A stretch of 64,000 nt of DNA from an uncultured beta proteobacterium (GCA_963765065.1 CAVXVH010000009.1:6279-70278), one strand, 5' to 3'. Shown: positions 17,735 to 32,274, numbered from the stretch's first letter. Made by a program: numbers and translations. Notes: a model not told the origin generated them from the letters alone.

Positions 17735-17945
17735 GTCATCCCCGCGCAAACGGGGATCCAGTGACTTGTGCCCTTTCGGGTCGAATGGATGTGCCGCTGG
17801 GTTCCCGCTTTCGCGGGAACGACGACGCACTTCGGTTCGCGGGACCACTAGAACGGAATGTCGTCGTCGAAGCGACGGCGGCCATCGCCGCCATCGTCCC
17901 CGCCCCCCGCTTTCGCGGGGGCAGGGTCGCGGGGATCCAGCGTCT
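17735..17945. repeat. dRS3/REP-like palindromes between convergent mnmA and ssb
   Basis: Doublet 17735-17823 plus nested half-element about 17895-17945. Confidence 0.8.
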
Positions 17946-17978
17946 TGCGACGGCTAGAACGGAATGTCGTCGTCGAAG
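17848..17978 (-). repeat. 25-bp direct repeat of the ssb 3' end (FDDDIPF-stop)
   Basis: CTAGAACGGAATGTCGTCGTCGAAG at 17848-17872 and 17954-17978. Confidence 0.95.
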
Positions 17979-18466
17979 TCGTCGGTGTTCTTCTTGCTGG
18001 GGGCGCCGCCGCTGCGGCTCGCGCCGGACCCGCCTCCGCCAGCGCCGCCACCTGCAGCGCCGCCGGAGCGCCGGCCGCCGCCTGCGTCGCCGCCGCCGAA
18101 CTCGGCATCACCGCCGCCGCCGCCTCCGGCGTCGCGCGCGCTGCCGATCAGCTGCATGCGATCGGCGACGATCTCGGTCGAGTACTTCTCGACGCCTTCC
18201 TTGTCGGTGTACTTGCGCGTCTGCAGTCGGCCCTCGATGTAGACCGAGCGGCCCTTCTTCAGGTACTCGCCGGCGATCTCGGCCTGGCGTCCGAACAGCA
18301 CGACGGTGTGCCACTCGGTGCGCTCCTGCTTCTCGCCGCTCTTGTCCTTCCACTGCTCGGAAGTCGCGATGCGCAGGTTGGTGACCGCATCGCCGCCGGT
18401 CGTGTAGCGGGTCTCGGGGTCGCGGCCCAGGTTGCCGAGCAGAATCACTTTGTTGACCGAGGCCAT
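17954..18466 (-). CDS. ssb: Single-stranded DNA-binding protein
   Basis: [18 protein letters not shown]...ERTEWH...DDDIPF. Confidence 0.97.
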   Translation of the reverse strand: MASVNKVILLGNLGRDPETRYTTGGDAVTNLRIATSEQWKDKSGEKQERTEWHTVVLFGRQAEIAGEYLKKGRSVYIEGRLQTRKYTDKEGVEKYSTEIVADRMQLIGSARDAGGGGGGDAEFGGGDAGGGRRSGGAAGGGAGGGGSGASRSGGAPSKKNTDDFDDDIPF

Positions 18467-19746
18467 CAGGTTTCTCCCATCGAATAGGTGGAGGGATAGG
18501 TCGGCGGCGCGCTCATCGACGCGCTGACCACGAGCCACACGGCCGTCAGCGCGATCCCGAGCCCGAACACGGCGGCGGGGCCCACATTCTGGGCGAGATA
18601 GCCGCCGACCGCGGCGCCGAGGAACGCGCCGAGGAACTGCACGCTCGAATACACACCGGTGGCCGTGCCCTTCTGCGCCGGCGGTGCGAACTTGGACACG
18701 AGCGACGGCAGCGTCGCCTCGAGCAGGTTGAATGCGGCGAAGAACACCACCAGGCCGAGCGCGAGCAAGGGCAGCGACGCGCCGGCGAGCGCGAGCACGA
18801 CCTGGCCGACGAGCAGAATCAGCACGGCGCCCATGAACACTGCCTTGCTGCGCGCGGGCCGATCGGCGGCACGGAGCAGCGGCAGCATCAGCAGCACCGA
18901 GCCGACCATCACCGGCAGGTAGACCTGCCAGTGCGCCTCGGCGGCAAGGCCGGCGTCGCGCAGCGCGAACGGCACCTGCACGAACAGCGCCATCAAGAGC
19001 GCGTGCAGCGCGAAGATGCCGTAGTTGAGGCGCAGCAGCTGGCCGTCGGCGAGCACCTTGCCGAACGCCGCGAGGCCGGGCTCGCGCGGATGCACGTGCG
19101 CGGGATCGGGGTCGGGCACGCGGCGCTTCAGCACCACGATCGCGCCGAGCGCGAGCACGCCGGTGAGCGCGAAGATCCCCGGCACGCCGATCCACGTCTT
19201 CAGCACGGGACCGAGGATCAGGGACAGTCCGAACGTCGCGCCGATCGTCATGCCGATGGCCGCCATTGCGCGGGTGCGGACCTCGTGGCGCGTGAGATCG
19301 GCGGTGAGCGCGATCACCGCGGCGGAGATCGCGCCGGCGCCCTGGATCGACCGCCCGGCGATCGTCCACCAGATGTCCGGCGCCCACGCCGCGATGAAGC
19401 TGCCGAACGCGAAGAGCAGCAGGCCGACGACGATCGTCGGCTTGCGTCCGTAGCGGTCGGAGGCCCAGCCGAAGGGGATCTGCAGGATCGCCTGCGTGAG
19501 GCCGTAGGCGCCGAGCGCGATGCCGACCAGCGTGTGGTCGCGGCCGCCGGGGAGCGTCTCGGCGTACAGCGCGAATACCGGCAGGATGATGAACATGCCC
19601 AGCATGCGCAGTCCGTAGATGCCGGCGAGCGAGGCGGTGGCGCGCCGCTCGAGCGCGGTCATGCGCTCGCGGACGGGACGGCCGGCGGCAGGTTCGGCGG
19701 CGTCGGTCCGCACCGCGGAGCGATCGGGCGCGGACTTGTCGTGCAT
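18466..19746 (-). CDS. MFS transporter (YajR-like)
   Basis: [10 protein letters not shown] motif A, 12-TM pattern, uvrA-MFS-ssb synteny. Confidence 0.9.
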   Translation of the reverse strand: MHDKSAPDRSAVRTDAAEPAAGRPVRERMTALERRATASLAGIYGLRMLGMFIILPVFALYAETLPGGRDHTLVGIALGAYGLTQAILQIPFGWASDRYGRKPTIVVGLLLFAFGSFIAAWAPDIWWTIAGRSIQGAGAISAAVIALTADLTRHEVRTRAMAAIGMTIGATFGLSLILGPVLKTWIGVPGIFALTGVLALGAIVVLKRRVPDPDPAHVHPREPGLAAFGKVLADGQLLRLNYGIFALHALLMALFVQVPFALRDAGLAAEAHWQVYLPVMVGSVLLMLPLLRAADRPARSKAVFMGAVLILLVGQVVLALAGASLPLLALGLVVFFAAFNLLEATLPSLVSKFAPPAQKGTATGVYSSVQFLGAFLGAAVGGYLAQNVGPAAVFGLGIALTAVWLVVSASMSAPPTYPSTYSMGET

Positions 19747-19859
19747 CGTGACGAACCAGTGCTGTGATCGGGCAATCGAAACGCAGTATAGTAACAGGTT
19801 GGCCTCGCTCTCCTTAGGCCGGATGGCCAACCGAGGACCCGCCGACCCGCGCATCCCCC

Positions 19860-22761
<2,902 letters not shown>

Positions 22762-22803
22762 CGTCGCTCCCCGACGCGTCGGGCGAAACCGGTCCGACGC
22801 CGG

Positions 22804-23340
22804 TCAGGCGCCGGGGGGCGGCAGTGCCTCGATCGGCCCTCGCGCGGTGACGGCCGCCAGGATGCCCTGCAGCAGCGCGGTGGGCGTCGGCGGACACCCT
22901 GGCACCGTGACGTCGACCGGTATCACGTTCGCCACGCGACCGAGCGACGCGTAGCTCGCGCCGAAGATGCCGCCGGTGCAGCCGCAGTCGCCGACGGCGA
23001 CGACCAGCTTGGGCTCGGGCGTGGCGTCGTAGGTGCGCTGCAGTGCAATCGCCATGTGCTTCGACACGGGACCGGTGACGAGCAGCATGTCGGCGTGGCG
23101 CGGGCTGGCGACGAAGCGGATGCCGAGCCCCTCGAGGTTGTAGTACGGATTGCCGAGCGCGTGGATCTCGAGCTCGCAGCCGTTGCACGAGCCGGCATCG
23201 ACCTGCCTGATGGTGAGCGCGCGGCCGAGCGTGCGCAGGATGCTCTCGTGCAGGCGGGACACGCCTTCCGCATCCGCGGGTGCCGGTGCCGGCTCGGTGC
23301 GGATGCCGGTCGTCGCGATCTTCTTCAGGATCGTCAGCAT
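22804..23340 (-). CDS. NuoB/HyfI-like small subunit (EhrS)
   Basis: [26 protein letters not shown] [4Fe-4S] ligands. Confidence 0.9.
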   Translation of the reverse strand: MLTILKKIATTGIRTEPAPAPADAEGVSRLHESILRTLGRALTIRQVDAGSCNGCELEIHALGNPYYNLEGLGIRFVASPRHADMLLVTGPVSKHMAIALQRTYDATPEPKLVVAVGDCGCTGGIFGASYASLGRVANVIPVDVTVPGCPPTPTALLQGILAAVTARGPIEALPPPGA

Positions 23341-23345
23341 CTGGG

Positions 23346-23427
23346 TCAGTCCCGAAGGGCCGCCCCGAGGGACTGACTCTCCCCCTCGGGGGGCAGCGAG
23401 CAAAGCGAGCGTGGGGGTCGATTCATG
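23346..23427 (-). repeat. ATGA-junction element encoding a 26-aa intergenic ORF
   Basis: MNRPPRSLCSLPPEGESQSLGAALRD; 21-bp identity with the purN element. Confidence 0.65.
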
Positions 23428-24984
23428 CTACAGGTCGTGGCCGCTGTAGGAGAGGTTGAACGACTTGTTGATCAGCGGGAAGTCGGGGACGATGTTGCCG
23501 ATCACCGCGTGCTCGAGCACCGGCCAGTTCGACCACGACACGTCGTGCGGGTGGCAGCGGCGGATCGACCCGTCCGGTCCGCTCTCGAGGGCCACCAGCA
23601 CCGGACCGCGCCACCCTTCGACGCAGCCCAAGCCGAGGCGCTGTGGCGGATGCGCCGGCAACGGCAGCCGCACGTCGCCGGTGAGGTCGGCATCCGGCGC
23701 CATGTCGGCGATCGCCCGCACGAGCCGCAGCGACTCGGCGAGCTCGTCGAATCGCACCGCAACGCGCGCGGCGACGTCGCCTTCCTCGCGCACCACCTTG
23801 ACCACGCCGAGCCGGTCGTAGGGCGCGACCGGATGGTCACAGCGAAGATCGTGCGCGCGCCCGCTCGCGCGGCCGGCCATCCCGGCGAGGCCGAGCTGTG
23901 CCGCGAGCTCGGGTGTCACCCTGCCGCAGGTGCGAAACCGGTCCTGCAGCCCGGCGTGCTCGTCGTAAATGCCCCGCACCGTACGGATCTCGCGCTCCAG
24001 GTCCAGCGACTGCTCGGCCAGCGCCCGCAGCGCCGCGGGATCGACGTCGCGCGACACGCCGCCCGGGGCGACGAAGTCCATCATCATGCGATGGCCGAAC
24101 GCCGCGAGATTCGCGCGCAGCACGTCCTCCTTGAGGCGCGAGAACTGCGACAGGCCGAACGCGAAGCCGCCGTCGTTGCCGAGGTAGCCGAGATCACCGA
24201 GGTGATTGGCGATGCGCTCGCGTTCCAGTGCGAGCGCCCGCAGCCACGCCGCGCGCGGCGGCACGGCGATGCCTGCGATCGCCTCGGCGGCCTGCGCGTA
24301 CGCCCACGCGTAGGCGACGGTGCTGTCCCCCGACACGCGCCCGGCCAGGCGGTAGCCTTCGGCGAGCGACAGCGCTTCGAAGCGCTTCTCGATGCCCTTG
24401 TGCACGTAGCCCAAGCGCTCCTCGAGGCGCAGCACCTTTTCGCCGACGACCTGGAAGCGGAAGTGTCCGGGCTCGATGATTCCGGCGTGCACGGGCCCGA
24501 CGGGAATCTCGTGCACACCGTCGCCCTCGACCCGCACGAACGCGTACTCCTCCTGCCCCGGCTCCCACTTGGGCGACGCCACGAAGTCGCGTCGCAGCGG
24601 GAATTGGTCGATTGGCCAGCTCGCGAGCCACAACCACGGCCGCCGGTCGTCGCCATCCGAGGCGACGCCGGTCAGGTCGAACGCGGCACGCTGCATGCGG
24701 TTCGCGGCGGGAAAGCACCCGGCAAGATCGGGGTAGCGGGCGTCGTCGTTCGGCAGCCGGTGCTGGAGCAGCAGCAGGCCGTCGGCATCGGCCAGGAGCG
24801 TGCACAGCCGGAAGCCGCGCTCGAGGTCGCGGTCGTCCGTCGCCCACAGCGCGACCAGCCGAGCGCCCTGGTCGGCCGCAGCGCGGCACACGGCGAGCAG
24901 CTCCGAGGCACTCACGTCGGCCCGCCGCGCGGGGACCGCGGCGGGAACCTTCGCGGCAGTGAGGCCGAGCGGCGAGAGGTTCAT
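23428..24984 (-). CDS. HyfG/NuoCD-like large subunit lacking [NiFe] CxxC motifs (EhrL)
   Basis: GPVHAGIIEPGHFRF, GYVHKGIE; L1 reads RVSGDS and L2 reads FNLSYSGHD, with no Cys. Confidence 0.9.
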   Translation of the reverse strand: MNLSPLGLTAAKVPAAVPARRADVSASELLAVCRAAADQGARLVALWATDDRDLERGFRLCTLLADADGLLLLQHRLPNDDARYPDLAGCFPAANRMQRAAFDLTGVASDGDDRRPWLWLASWPIDQFPLRRDFVASPKWEPGQEEYAFVRVEGDGVHEIPVGPVHAGIIEPGHFRFQVVGEKVLRLEERLGYVHKGIEKRFEALSLAEGYRLAGRVSGDSTVAYAWAYAQAAEAIAGIAVPPRAAWLRALALERERIANHLGDLGYLGNDGGFAFGLSQFSRLKEDVLRANLAAFGHRMMMDFVAPGGVSRDVDPAALRALAEQSLDLEREIRTVRGIYDEHAGLQDRFRTCGRVTPELAAQLGLAGMAGRASGRAHDLRCDHPVAPYDRLGVVKVVREEGDVAARVAVRFDELAESLRLVRAIADMAPDADLTGDVRLPLPAHPPQRLGLGCVEGWRGPVLVALESGPDGSIRRCHPHDVSWSNWPVLEHAVIGNIVPDFPLINKSFNLSYSGHDL

Positions 24985-24991
24985 CGGCGCC

Positions 24992-26443
24992 TCATCCGAT
25001 CAGCCGGGCCGCTTCGCGGTACCAGTCGGCAAGCGCGGGCGGAATCCACAGGCCCAGCATCAGCACGAGCAGCAGGTGGACGAACACCGGGATCATCGCC
25101 GGCCGGTAGGGCAGGCGCTTCACCGTCGTCTCGCCGAACACCATCGGCTGCACGCGCGAGAACACGGCGGCGAACGCGACGCCCAGCGCGACGAGCAGGA
25201 ACGGCGTCGCCCACGGCTGGTCGCGCATCGCCGTGGTCAGGATCAGGAACTCGCTCGCGAACACGCCGAAGGGCGGCATGCCGAGGATCGCGAGCGTGCC
25301 GAAGGCGAGGCCCCACCCGATCATCGGGCTCTGCGTGACGAGGCCGCGGATGCCGTCGATCATCTGCGTGCCGGCCTTCTGCGTCGCGTGGCCGACCGCG
25401 AAGAAGATCGCCGACTTGGTGAGCGAGTGCACGGTCATGTGCAGCAGGCCCGCGAAGTTCGCGATCGGCCCGCCCATGCCGAAGGCGAACGTGATGATGC
25501 CCATGTGCTCGATCGAGGAATACGCGAACAGGCGCTTGATGTCCTTCTGCCGCGACAGCAGGAACGCGGCAACGACCACCGAGAGCAGCCCGAAGCCCAT
25601 CATCAGGTTCTTCGCGAACGCGGTCGGCAGCGCACCGTCGACCAGCACCTTGCAGCGGATCACCGCGTACAGCGCGACGTTGAGCAACAGGCCCGAGAGC
25701 ACCGCCGACACCGGCGTGGGGCCTTCGGCGTGGGCATCGGGCAGCCAGTTGTGCAGCGGCACCAGCCCCACCTTGGTGCCATAGCCCACGAGCAGGAACA
25801 CGAAGGCGATCGACAGCACCGTCGGCTCGAGCTGGCCCTTGACCTGGTTGAGCTCGGTCCACAGCAGCGCGCCGCCCTCGGCGCCGAGGAGCTTCTCGGC
25901 GGCGAAGAACAGCAGGATCGTCCCGAACAGCGCCTGCGCGATGCCGACGCCGCACAGGATGAAGTACTTCCAGGCGGCCTCGAGGCTCGCCGGCGTGCGG
26001 TACAGCGAGACGAGCAGCACCGTGGTCAGCGTGGCGGCCTCCATCGCGACCCAGAGGATGCCCATGTTGTTGGTGAGCAGCGCCAGCAGCATCGTGAAAT
26101 TGAACAGCTGGTACATGCTGTGGTAGAGCTTGAGGCGCGCGGCGGAGAGCCGGCCGTGCTGCTGCTCGATGCGCATGTACGGGCGCGAGAAGATCGCCGT
26201 CGTGAAGCCCACGAACGCGGTCAGCGCGACGAGGAACACGTTGAACGAGTCGACGAAGAACTGCCGGTCCATCACCAGGATCGGGCCGTCGGCGATCACG
26301 CGCACCGTCAGCGCGGCCGCGGCGAGCAGCGTGAGGAAGCTCGCCAGGACGTTCACCGCGGGCGCCTCGTCGCGCTCGCCGATCACGGCCAGCACGACGC
26401 CCCCCGCGAGCGGTATGCCCAGCACCGCGAGGATCTCGATCAC
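24992..26443 (-). CDS. hyfF: HyfF-like antiporter-type membrane subunit
   Basis: WVAMEAATL, EAAWKY, GTKVGLVPLHNWLPDAHAEGPTPVSA. Confidence 0.9.
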   Translation of the reverse strand: MIEILAVLGIPLAGGVVLAVIGERDEAPAVNVLASFLTLLAAAALTVRVIADGPILVMDRQFFVDSFNVFLVALTAFVGFTTAIFSRPYMRIEQQHGRLSAARLKLYHSMYQLFNFTMLLALLTNNMGILWVAMEAATLTTVLLVSLYRTPASLEAAWKYFILCGVGIAQALFGTILLFFAAEKLLGAEGGALLWTELNQVKGQLEPTVLSIAFVFLLVGYGTKVGLVPLHNWLPDAHAEGPTPVSAVLSGLLLNVALYAVIRCKVLVDGALPTAFAKNLMMGFGLLSVVVAAFLLSRQKDIKRLFAYSSIEHMGIITFAFGMGGPIANFAGLLHMTVHSLTKSAIFFAVGHATQKAGTQMIDGIRGLVTQSPMIGWGLAFGTLAILGMPPFGVFASEFLILTTAMRDQPWATPFLLVALGVAFAAVFSRVQPMVFGETTVKRLPYRPAMIPVFVHLLLVLMLGLWIPPALADWYREAARLIG

Positions 26444-26477
26444 GCGGCCTCCCCGTGGCCACACGCCGTGCGAGGAC

Positions 26478-27146
26478 TCACGCGTCCTCCTTGAGCTTCT
26501 CGAGGTGCTTGAGGTCGAGGCTGTCGAACTGCTCGCGGATCTGGAAGAAGAACACGCCGAGGATCAGCATCCCCACCAGCACGTCGAGGGCGATGCCGAG
26601 CTCGACCACCATCGGCATGCCGTAGGTGGCGCTGGTGGCGGCGAAGAACAGCCCGTTCTCCATCGACAGGAAGCCGATCACCTGGGGGATCGCCTTGCGC
26701 CGCGTGATCATCATCAGGAACGAGAGCATCACGCAGGCCATCGCGATGCCGAGCGTCGAGCGCGTGATCGTGCTGGCGAGCTGCGAGATCGGGAACGCCA
26801 GGTTGAACGAGAACACGACGAGCACGATGCCGATCAGCATCGTCGAGGGGATGTTGATCAGTCCCTCGACGTCCCAGCGGACGTCGAGGCGCCGCATCAG
26901 GCGGTAGAGGATCCAGGGCAGCAGGAACACCTTCAGCACCAGCGTCAGCCCGGCAGAGGCGTAGAGATGCGTCTGTCCGGTGCCGTAGGCGACGATCGCG
27001 GTGGACGCGGCGAGTGCGAGTCCCTGCGCGGCGAAGAGGTCGATCAGCGACAGCACGCGCCGCTGCGAGAGCATCGCGAACGACAGCAGCAGCAGGATCG
27101 CCGCCAGCAGATTGATGAACTGCGCGTAGAGGGGAAGGGTGGTCAC
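26478..27146 (-). CDS. hyfE: HyfE-like membrane subunit
   Basis: QVIGFLSMENG, MPMVVELGIALD. Confidence 0.9.
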   Translation of the reverse strand: MTTLPLYAQFINLLAAILLLLSFAMLSQRRVLSLIDLFAAQGLALAASTAIVAYGTGQTHLYASAGLTLVLKVFLLPWILYRLMRRLDVRWDVEGLINIPSTMLIGIVLVVFSFNLAFPISQLASTITRSTLGIAMACVMLSFLMMITRRKAIPQVIGFLSMENGLFFAATSATYGMPMVVELGIALDVLVGMLILGVFFFQIREQFDSLDLKHLEKLKEDA

Positions 27147-27155
27147 GGGGCGCGG

Positions 27156-28106
27156 CTAGCTGCCCAGCAGCAGGTTGACGAGCATCGCCAGCACGGCGAG
27201 CAGGAACGCGGTGCCGAGGAACTCGGGGGCGCGGAAGATGCGCATCTTCGCCGACAGCGTCTCGATCAGCGCCAGCGCGAAGCCGCCGGCCATGAGCTTC
27301 GCGACGAGGATCGGCACCGCGGCCAGGATGGCGAGCCAGTTCGTGCTGCCCTCGGCGATGCCGATCGGCATGAAGATCGCAAGGCCGATGCAGGAGTAGT
27401 TGAACAGCTTCAGCGCCGACGCCCACTCGATCAGCGCGAGGTGGCGTGCCGAGTACTCGAGCACCATCGCCTCGTGGATCATGGTGAGCTCGAGGTGGGT
27501 CGCGGGATTGTCGACCGGGATGCGCGCGTTCTCGGCGAGCGACACCATCGTGAACGCGACGCCGGCGAGCGCGAGGCTCGGGTAGATCGCGAACTCGCGG
27601 TGCGCGAGGGTTTCCACGATCGTCGGCAGCGACGTCGAGCCCGAGATGAGCGACGCCGTGAACAGCACCATGAGCAGCGCCGGCTCGGCGAGGAAGCCGA
27701 TGAACATCTCCCGCCGCGCGCCGAGCGAGCCGAACGACGTGCCGATGTCCATCGCCGCGAGGGAGATGAAGACGCGGGCGAGCGCGAACAGGCCGACCAG
27801 CGCGATCGCGTCGGCGGCGCGCGCGAACGGCAGGTCGGTCGCCAGCGACGGGACGATCGCCGCCGCGCAGCACATCGCGCCGAACACGACGTACGGCATC
27901 GTGCGGAAGATCGGCGACGCGTTCTCGGCGACCACCGCGTCCTTCGTGAACAGCTTGCGGATCGTGCGGTAGGGCAGGAACATCGACGGGGCGCTGCGGT
28001 TCTGCAGCCACGCGCGGCACTGGTTGATCCAGCCGACCAGCAGCGGCGCGAGCGCCAGCGCGAGCGCGACCTGCAGCACCTGCGACAGGAGGCCGGCGAG
28101 CGTCAT
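27156..28106 (-). CDS. hyfC: HyfC/NuoH-like membrane subunit
   Basis: ENARIPVDNPATHLELTMIHEAMVLEYS. Confidence 0.9.
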   Translation of the reverse strand: MTLAGLLSQVLQVALALALAPLLVGWINQCRAWLQNRSAPSMFLPYRTIRKLFTKDAVVAENASPIFRTMPYVVFGAMCCAAAIVPSLATDLPFARAADAIALVGLFALARVFISLAAMDIGTSFGSLGARREMFIGFLAEPALLMVLFTASLISGSTSLPTIVETLAHREFAIYPSLALAGVAFTMVSLAENARIPVDNPATHLELTMIHEAMVLEYSARHLALIEWASALKLFNYSCIGLAIFMPIGIAEGSTNWLAILAAVPILVAKLMAGGFALALIETLSAKMRIFRAPEFLGTAFLLAVLAMLVNLLLGS

Positions 28107-30116
28107 CGGACGAGGGCCAGCAGCGCCAGCAGCGTGACGAAGCTGTAGGTGAGGTACACCGAGATCCGTCCCTGCTGGATGAATCCGACGAGCCGGGCCA
28201 GCACGTCCGCGGCCTTCGCGATGGGCAGGTACAGCGCGTGCCAGAAGCGATCCGCGATGCGCACCGCGTAGCGGGGCGCGGCGTCGAACGGCGACGGCAG
28301 CTCGCGTTCCATGCGGAAGAACGGCTCGAACACCTGCCGGATGGGCTGTCCGAAGCCCTCGGCCGTGTCCTGCATGCGCGAGGTTTGCAGCGGGAAGCCG
28401 CAGTCCCACGGCGGCGCGCGGCGGACGCGGCCGTGGTAGAGGCGATGCACGACGAAGACCGTGACCAGCACGACGACGACGATCGCGAGCAGCATCACCA
28501 TCGGGCTGTAGCTCGCGCGATCCTGGCTGATCGGGGCGAGCACGAGCCAGCTGCCGCCGCTCGCGGGAACGGCGCTCGCGCCGACCAGCATGCGGCTGAC
28601 GGGATCGAGCAGTTCGATCACGAAGGTGGGGAAGACGCCCAGCAGGACGCACCCCGCTGCGAGGTAGGCGAGCGCGACGCGCTCGCAGCGGCCGGCGTCG
28701 TGCGCGTTGGCGAGATTGGGCTCCCGCGGCTGCCCGAGGAAGATGACGCCGTAGAACTTGACCATGACGTAGGCGGCCAGTGCGGCGGCGAGCACGAGCG
28801 CGGCGGCGGCGAGCGGCACCAGCATGTTGACGAACGACTGCGGCAGGGTGGGCGTGAACAGGAAGGCCTGCAGCAGCAGCCACTCCGACACGAAACCGTT
28901 CAACGGCGGCAGTCCGGCGATCGCCAGGGTGCCGACCAGCGCGAGCCAGGCCACCCAGGGCATGCGGTGGATCAGGCCGCCGAGCTTGCCGAGACTGCGC
29001 TCGCGCGTCGAGTGCAGCACCGAGCCCGTGGCGAGGAACAGCAGGCTCTTGAAGAACGCGTGGTTCAGCACGTGGTAGAGCACCGCGATCATCGCGATCG
29101 CGGACAGCAGGCCCTTGCCGTAGGCGGAGAACAGCACCGCGAGCCCGATGCCGGCGACGATGATGCCGATGTTCTCGATCGACGAGTACGCGAGCAGGCG
29201 CTTCATGTCGGTCTGCACCGCGGCGAAGATGACGCCGAAGAGGGCGGTGACGAGGCCGAGCGAGAGCGCGACCACACCCCACCACCACAGCGGGTTGCCG
29301 AGCATGTCGAAGGTGACGCGAAGCAGGCCGTAGATCGCGGTCTTCAGCATCACGCCGCTCATCAGCGCCGACACCGGCGAGGGCGCCGCCGGGATGGGCC
29401 TCCGGCAGCCATACGTGCATGGGCAGCAGCCCGGCCTTCGCGCCGAACCCGAACAGCGCCAGCAGGAATGCCGCCGTCGGCCACGCGCCGTGCAGCGTGG
29501 CCGCGCGCATGCCGTCGAACGTGTAGTCGCCGGTACCGCCCTGCAGCACACCGAAGCAGAGCAGGATGCCGATCGCGCCGACGTGCGCGATCAGCAGGTA
29601 GAGGAAGCCCGCCTGCCGGATCTCCGGGATGCGGTGCTCGGTGGTGACGAGGAAGTAGGACGACAACGCCATCGTCTCCCACGCGACCATGAACAGGTAG
29701 GCGTCGTCGGCCACCAGCACCGCCGCCATCGCCGCGAGGAACGCGTGGTACAGGAAGCAGATGAACCCCGGCGCCGTGCCTTCGCTCGAGCGGAAGTAGC
29801 CCACCGAGAACAGCGAAATCGCCGCTCCCGCGGACCCGAGGACCAGCAGGAAGAACGCCGACAGCGCATCGAGCCGCACGTGGAACGGCAGGTCGGGCAG
29901 GCCGAGCGGCAGGACGAGCGTCGAGGGAGCGTCGCCGAGCGCGAGGAAGGCGACGATCGCGAGGGCGAGACCGACGGCCGAACCCAGCGGGAACAGCACG
30001 CGGCTGACGAAGCGGAGCTGCCGGGGTGCGGCGAGGCCCACGGTGCCGATCGCGAGCCACGCGGCGATCGCGCCGAGGACGGCGTAAAGCGGGACCGAGG
30101 GCAACGCGGCGTTCAC
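28103..30116 (-). CDS. hyfB: HyfB-like antiporter-type subunit (frameshift near 29390)
   Basis: AWETMALSSY, KAGLLPMHVWLPEAHP | AAPSPVSALMSG, RLLAYSSIEN, NHAFFKSLLF. Confidence 0.88.
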
Positions 30117-30159
30117 CTCGGCACGGCCTGCGCCGGTCGCGCGGTCCGCCGCGTACGGG

Positions 30160-32274
30160 TCATTTGACGCGCATGCCGGGCGTCGCACCCGCGTCCGGCG
30201 CGAGCAGGTAGACGCCCGGGCCGTCGCCGCTGGCAGCGAGCACCATGCCCTCGGAGACGCCGAATTTCATCTTCCGCGGCGCGAGATTCGCCACCATCGG
30301 CGTCAGCCGGCCGACCAGGTCCTCGGGCCGGTACGCGGCCTTGATGCCGGCGAACACGGTGCGGTGGCGGCCCTCGCCGACGTCCAGCGTGAGCCGCACC
30401 AGCTTGTCGGCGCCCTCGACGGCATCGGCCGCGACGATCCGCGCGATGCGCAGGTCCACCCTGGTGAAGTCGTCGATGCCGATCGTTGCCGGGACCGCGG
30501 CCACGGGTGCCGCGGCGGCGGGCGCCGCAGTGCCACCCGACGGCGCCGCCGGTGCCTTGCCGGCCGGCGCGGAGGCGAGCGTCGCCTTCGGGCCCTCGAG
30601 CAGCGCGTCGATCTGCTTCGGGTCGATGCGCTGCATCAGGTGCTTGAATGGACGCACGGCCTGCGGGTCGCGCCACGCATCGCTCCACGCGAGTTCGCGG
30701 TCGAGACCGAAGAGGTCCCGCGCCACGCGGCTCGCGACGTGCGGCAGCACCGGCGCGAGCATCACGGTGAGGAGCTGGAAGCCGTGCAGCGCCTGCGAGC
30801 AGACGGTCTGCAGCCGCTCGCGCGCCGACGGGTCCTTCGCGAGCACCCACGGCTCCGCGGCGTCGAACGCTTCGTTCAGGCGGTCGGCGATGCGCATCGC
30901 GTCGCGCAGCACGCGCCCGAACTCCCGCACCTCGTAGTTCGCGCGGGCGAGCTCCGCGTCGGTCTGCGCGATCGTGAGCCGGTTCGCGCGGTCGCTCGCG
31001 GACTCGGCGGGCGTGCCGAGCCTGCCCTCGAAGTGGCGCGTGAGGAACGGCGCCGCGCGGCTCGCGATGTTCACGTACTTGCCGATCAGGTCGCTGTTGA
31101 CCCGCGCGAGGAAGTCGTCGGGATTGAAGTCGAGGTCCTCGACGCGCGAGTTGAGCTTGGCCGCGAGGTAGTAGCGCAGCCACTCGGGGTCGAGCCCGAG
31201 GTCGAGGTAGACGTCCGGACTGATGCCCGTGCCGCGCGACTTCGACATCTTCTCGCCGGAGAAGGTGATGAAGCCGTGCACGTGCACGCGGTCCGGCACC
31301 TTGTACGGCGCGCCGGCGAACTTGAGCATCGCCGGCCAGAACAGCGTGTGGTGGTAGACGATGTCCTTGCCGATGAAGTGCACCTGCTCGAGCGCGGGAT
31401 CGGCGAGGAAGGCGGCGAAGTCGACGCCGCGCCGGTCGAGGTGCGCCCGGAGGCTCGCGAGGTAGCCGATCGGCGCGTCGAGCCACACGTAGAAGAACTT
31501 GGGCGGTGCCCCGGGAGGCAGGTCCGGTATGCGGATTCCGAAGTACGGTGCGTCGCGCGAGATGTCCCAGTCGACGAGCCCCTTGCCGCCGTCGGCGTCG
31601 AGCCACTCGCGCGCCTTGTTCGCGACCTCGGCCTGCAGGCGACCGCCGAGCGCCCACTCGCGCAGGAAGGCGATGCACGCGGGGTCCGACAGCCGGAAGA
31701 AGTGGTGCTCGGACGACTTCAGCACCGGCACCGCGCCCGACAGCGTCGAGTAGGGGCGCTTCAGGTCGGTAGGCGCGTAGACGGAGCTGCAGTTCTCGCA
31801 GGCGTCGCCGTACTGGTCCTTCGCCCCGCACTTCGGGCACTCGCCCTTGATGTAGCGGTCCGGCAGGAACATCGCCTTCACCGGGTCGAAGTACTGCTCG
31901 ATCGTGCGCACGTCGATCAGGCCCGCCGCGTTGAGCTTGCGGTAGACGTCCTGCGACAGCGCGACGTTCTCGGGCGAGTCCGTCGAGTGCCAGTGGTCGA
32001 AGCTGATGTGGAAGCCGTCGAGGTGCCTCGGACGCGTGGCGGCTATCCGGGCGACCAGCGCCTGCGGCGTCAGGCCCTCGCTCTCGGCCTTCAGCATGAT
32101 CGGCGCGCCGTGCGCGTCGTCGGCGCAGACGAAGTGCACCTCGTGCCCCTGCATGCGCTGGAAGCGCACCCAGATGTCGGCCTGGATGTACTCCATGATG
32201 TGCCCGATGTGGAACGGGCCGTTCGCGTACGGCAGCGCCGTGGTGACGAACAGTTTCCGGTGCTGCGAACTCAT
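30160..32274 (-). CDS. metG: Methionine--tRNA ligase
   Basis: [20 protein letters not shown]-terminal tRNA-binding domain. Confidence 0.97.
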   Translation of the reverse strand: MSSQHRKLFVTTALPYANGPFHIGHIMEYIQADIWVRFQRMQGHEVHFVCADDAHGAPIMLKAESEGLTPQALVARIAATRPRHLDGFHISFDHWHSTDSPENVALSQDVYRKLNAAGLIDVRTIEQYFDPVKAMFLPDRYIKGECPKCGAKDQYGDACENCSSVYAPTDLKRPYSTLSGAVPVLKSSEHHFFRLSDPACIAFLREWALGGRLQAEVANKAREWLDADGGKGLVDWDISRDAPYFGIRIPDLPPGAPPKFFYVWLDAPIGYLASLRAHLDRRGVDFAAFLADPALEQVHFIGKDIVYHHTLFWPAMLKFAGAPYKVPDRVHVHGFITFSGEKMSKSRGTGISPDVYLDLGLDPEWLRYYLAAKLNSRVEDLDFNPDDFLARVNSDLIGKYVNIASRAAPFLTRHFEGRLGTPAESASDRANRLTIAQTDAELARANYEVREFGRVLRDAMRIADRLNEAFDAAEPWVLAKDPSARERLQTVCSQALHGFQLLTVMLAPVLPHVASRVARDLFGLDRELAWSDAWRDPQAVRPFKHLMQRIDPKQIDALLEGPKATLASAPAGKAPAAPSGGTAAPAAAAPVAAVPATIGIDDFTRVDLRIARIVAADAVEGADKLVRLTLDVGEGRHRTVFAGIKAAYRPEDLVGRLTPMVANLAPRKMKFGVSEGMVLAASGDGPGVYLLAPDAGATPGMRVK

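Noticed and set aside
19780-19800. LexA box upstream of uvrA
   Set aside because: CTGTTACTATACTGCG does not complete CTGT-N8-ACAG; more likely a -10 region.
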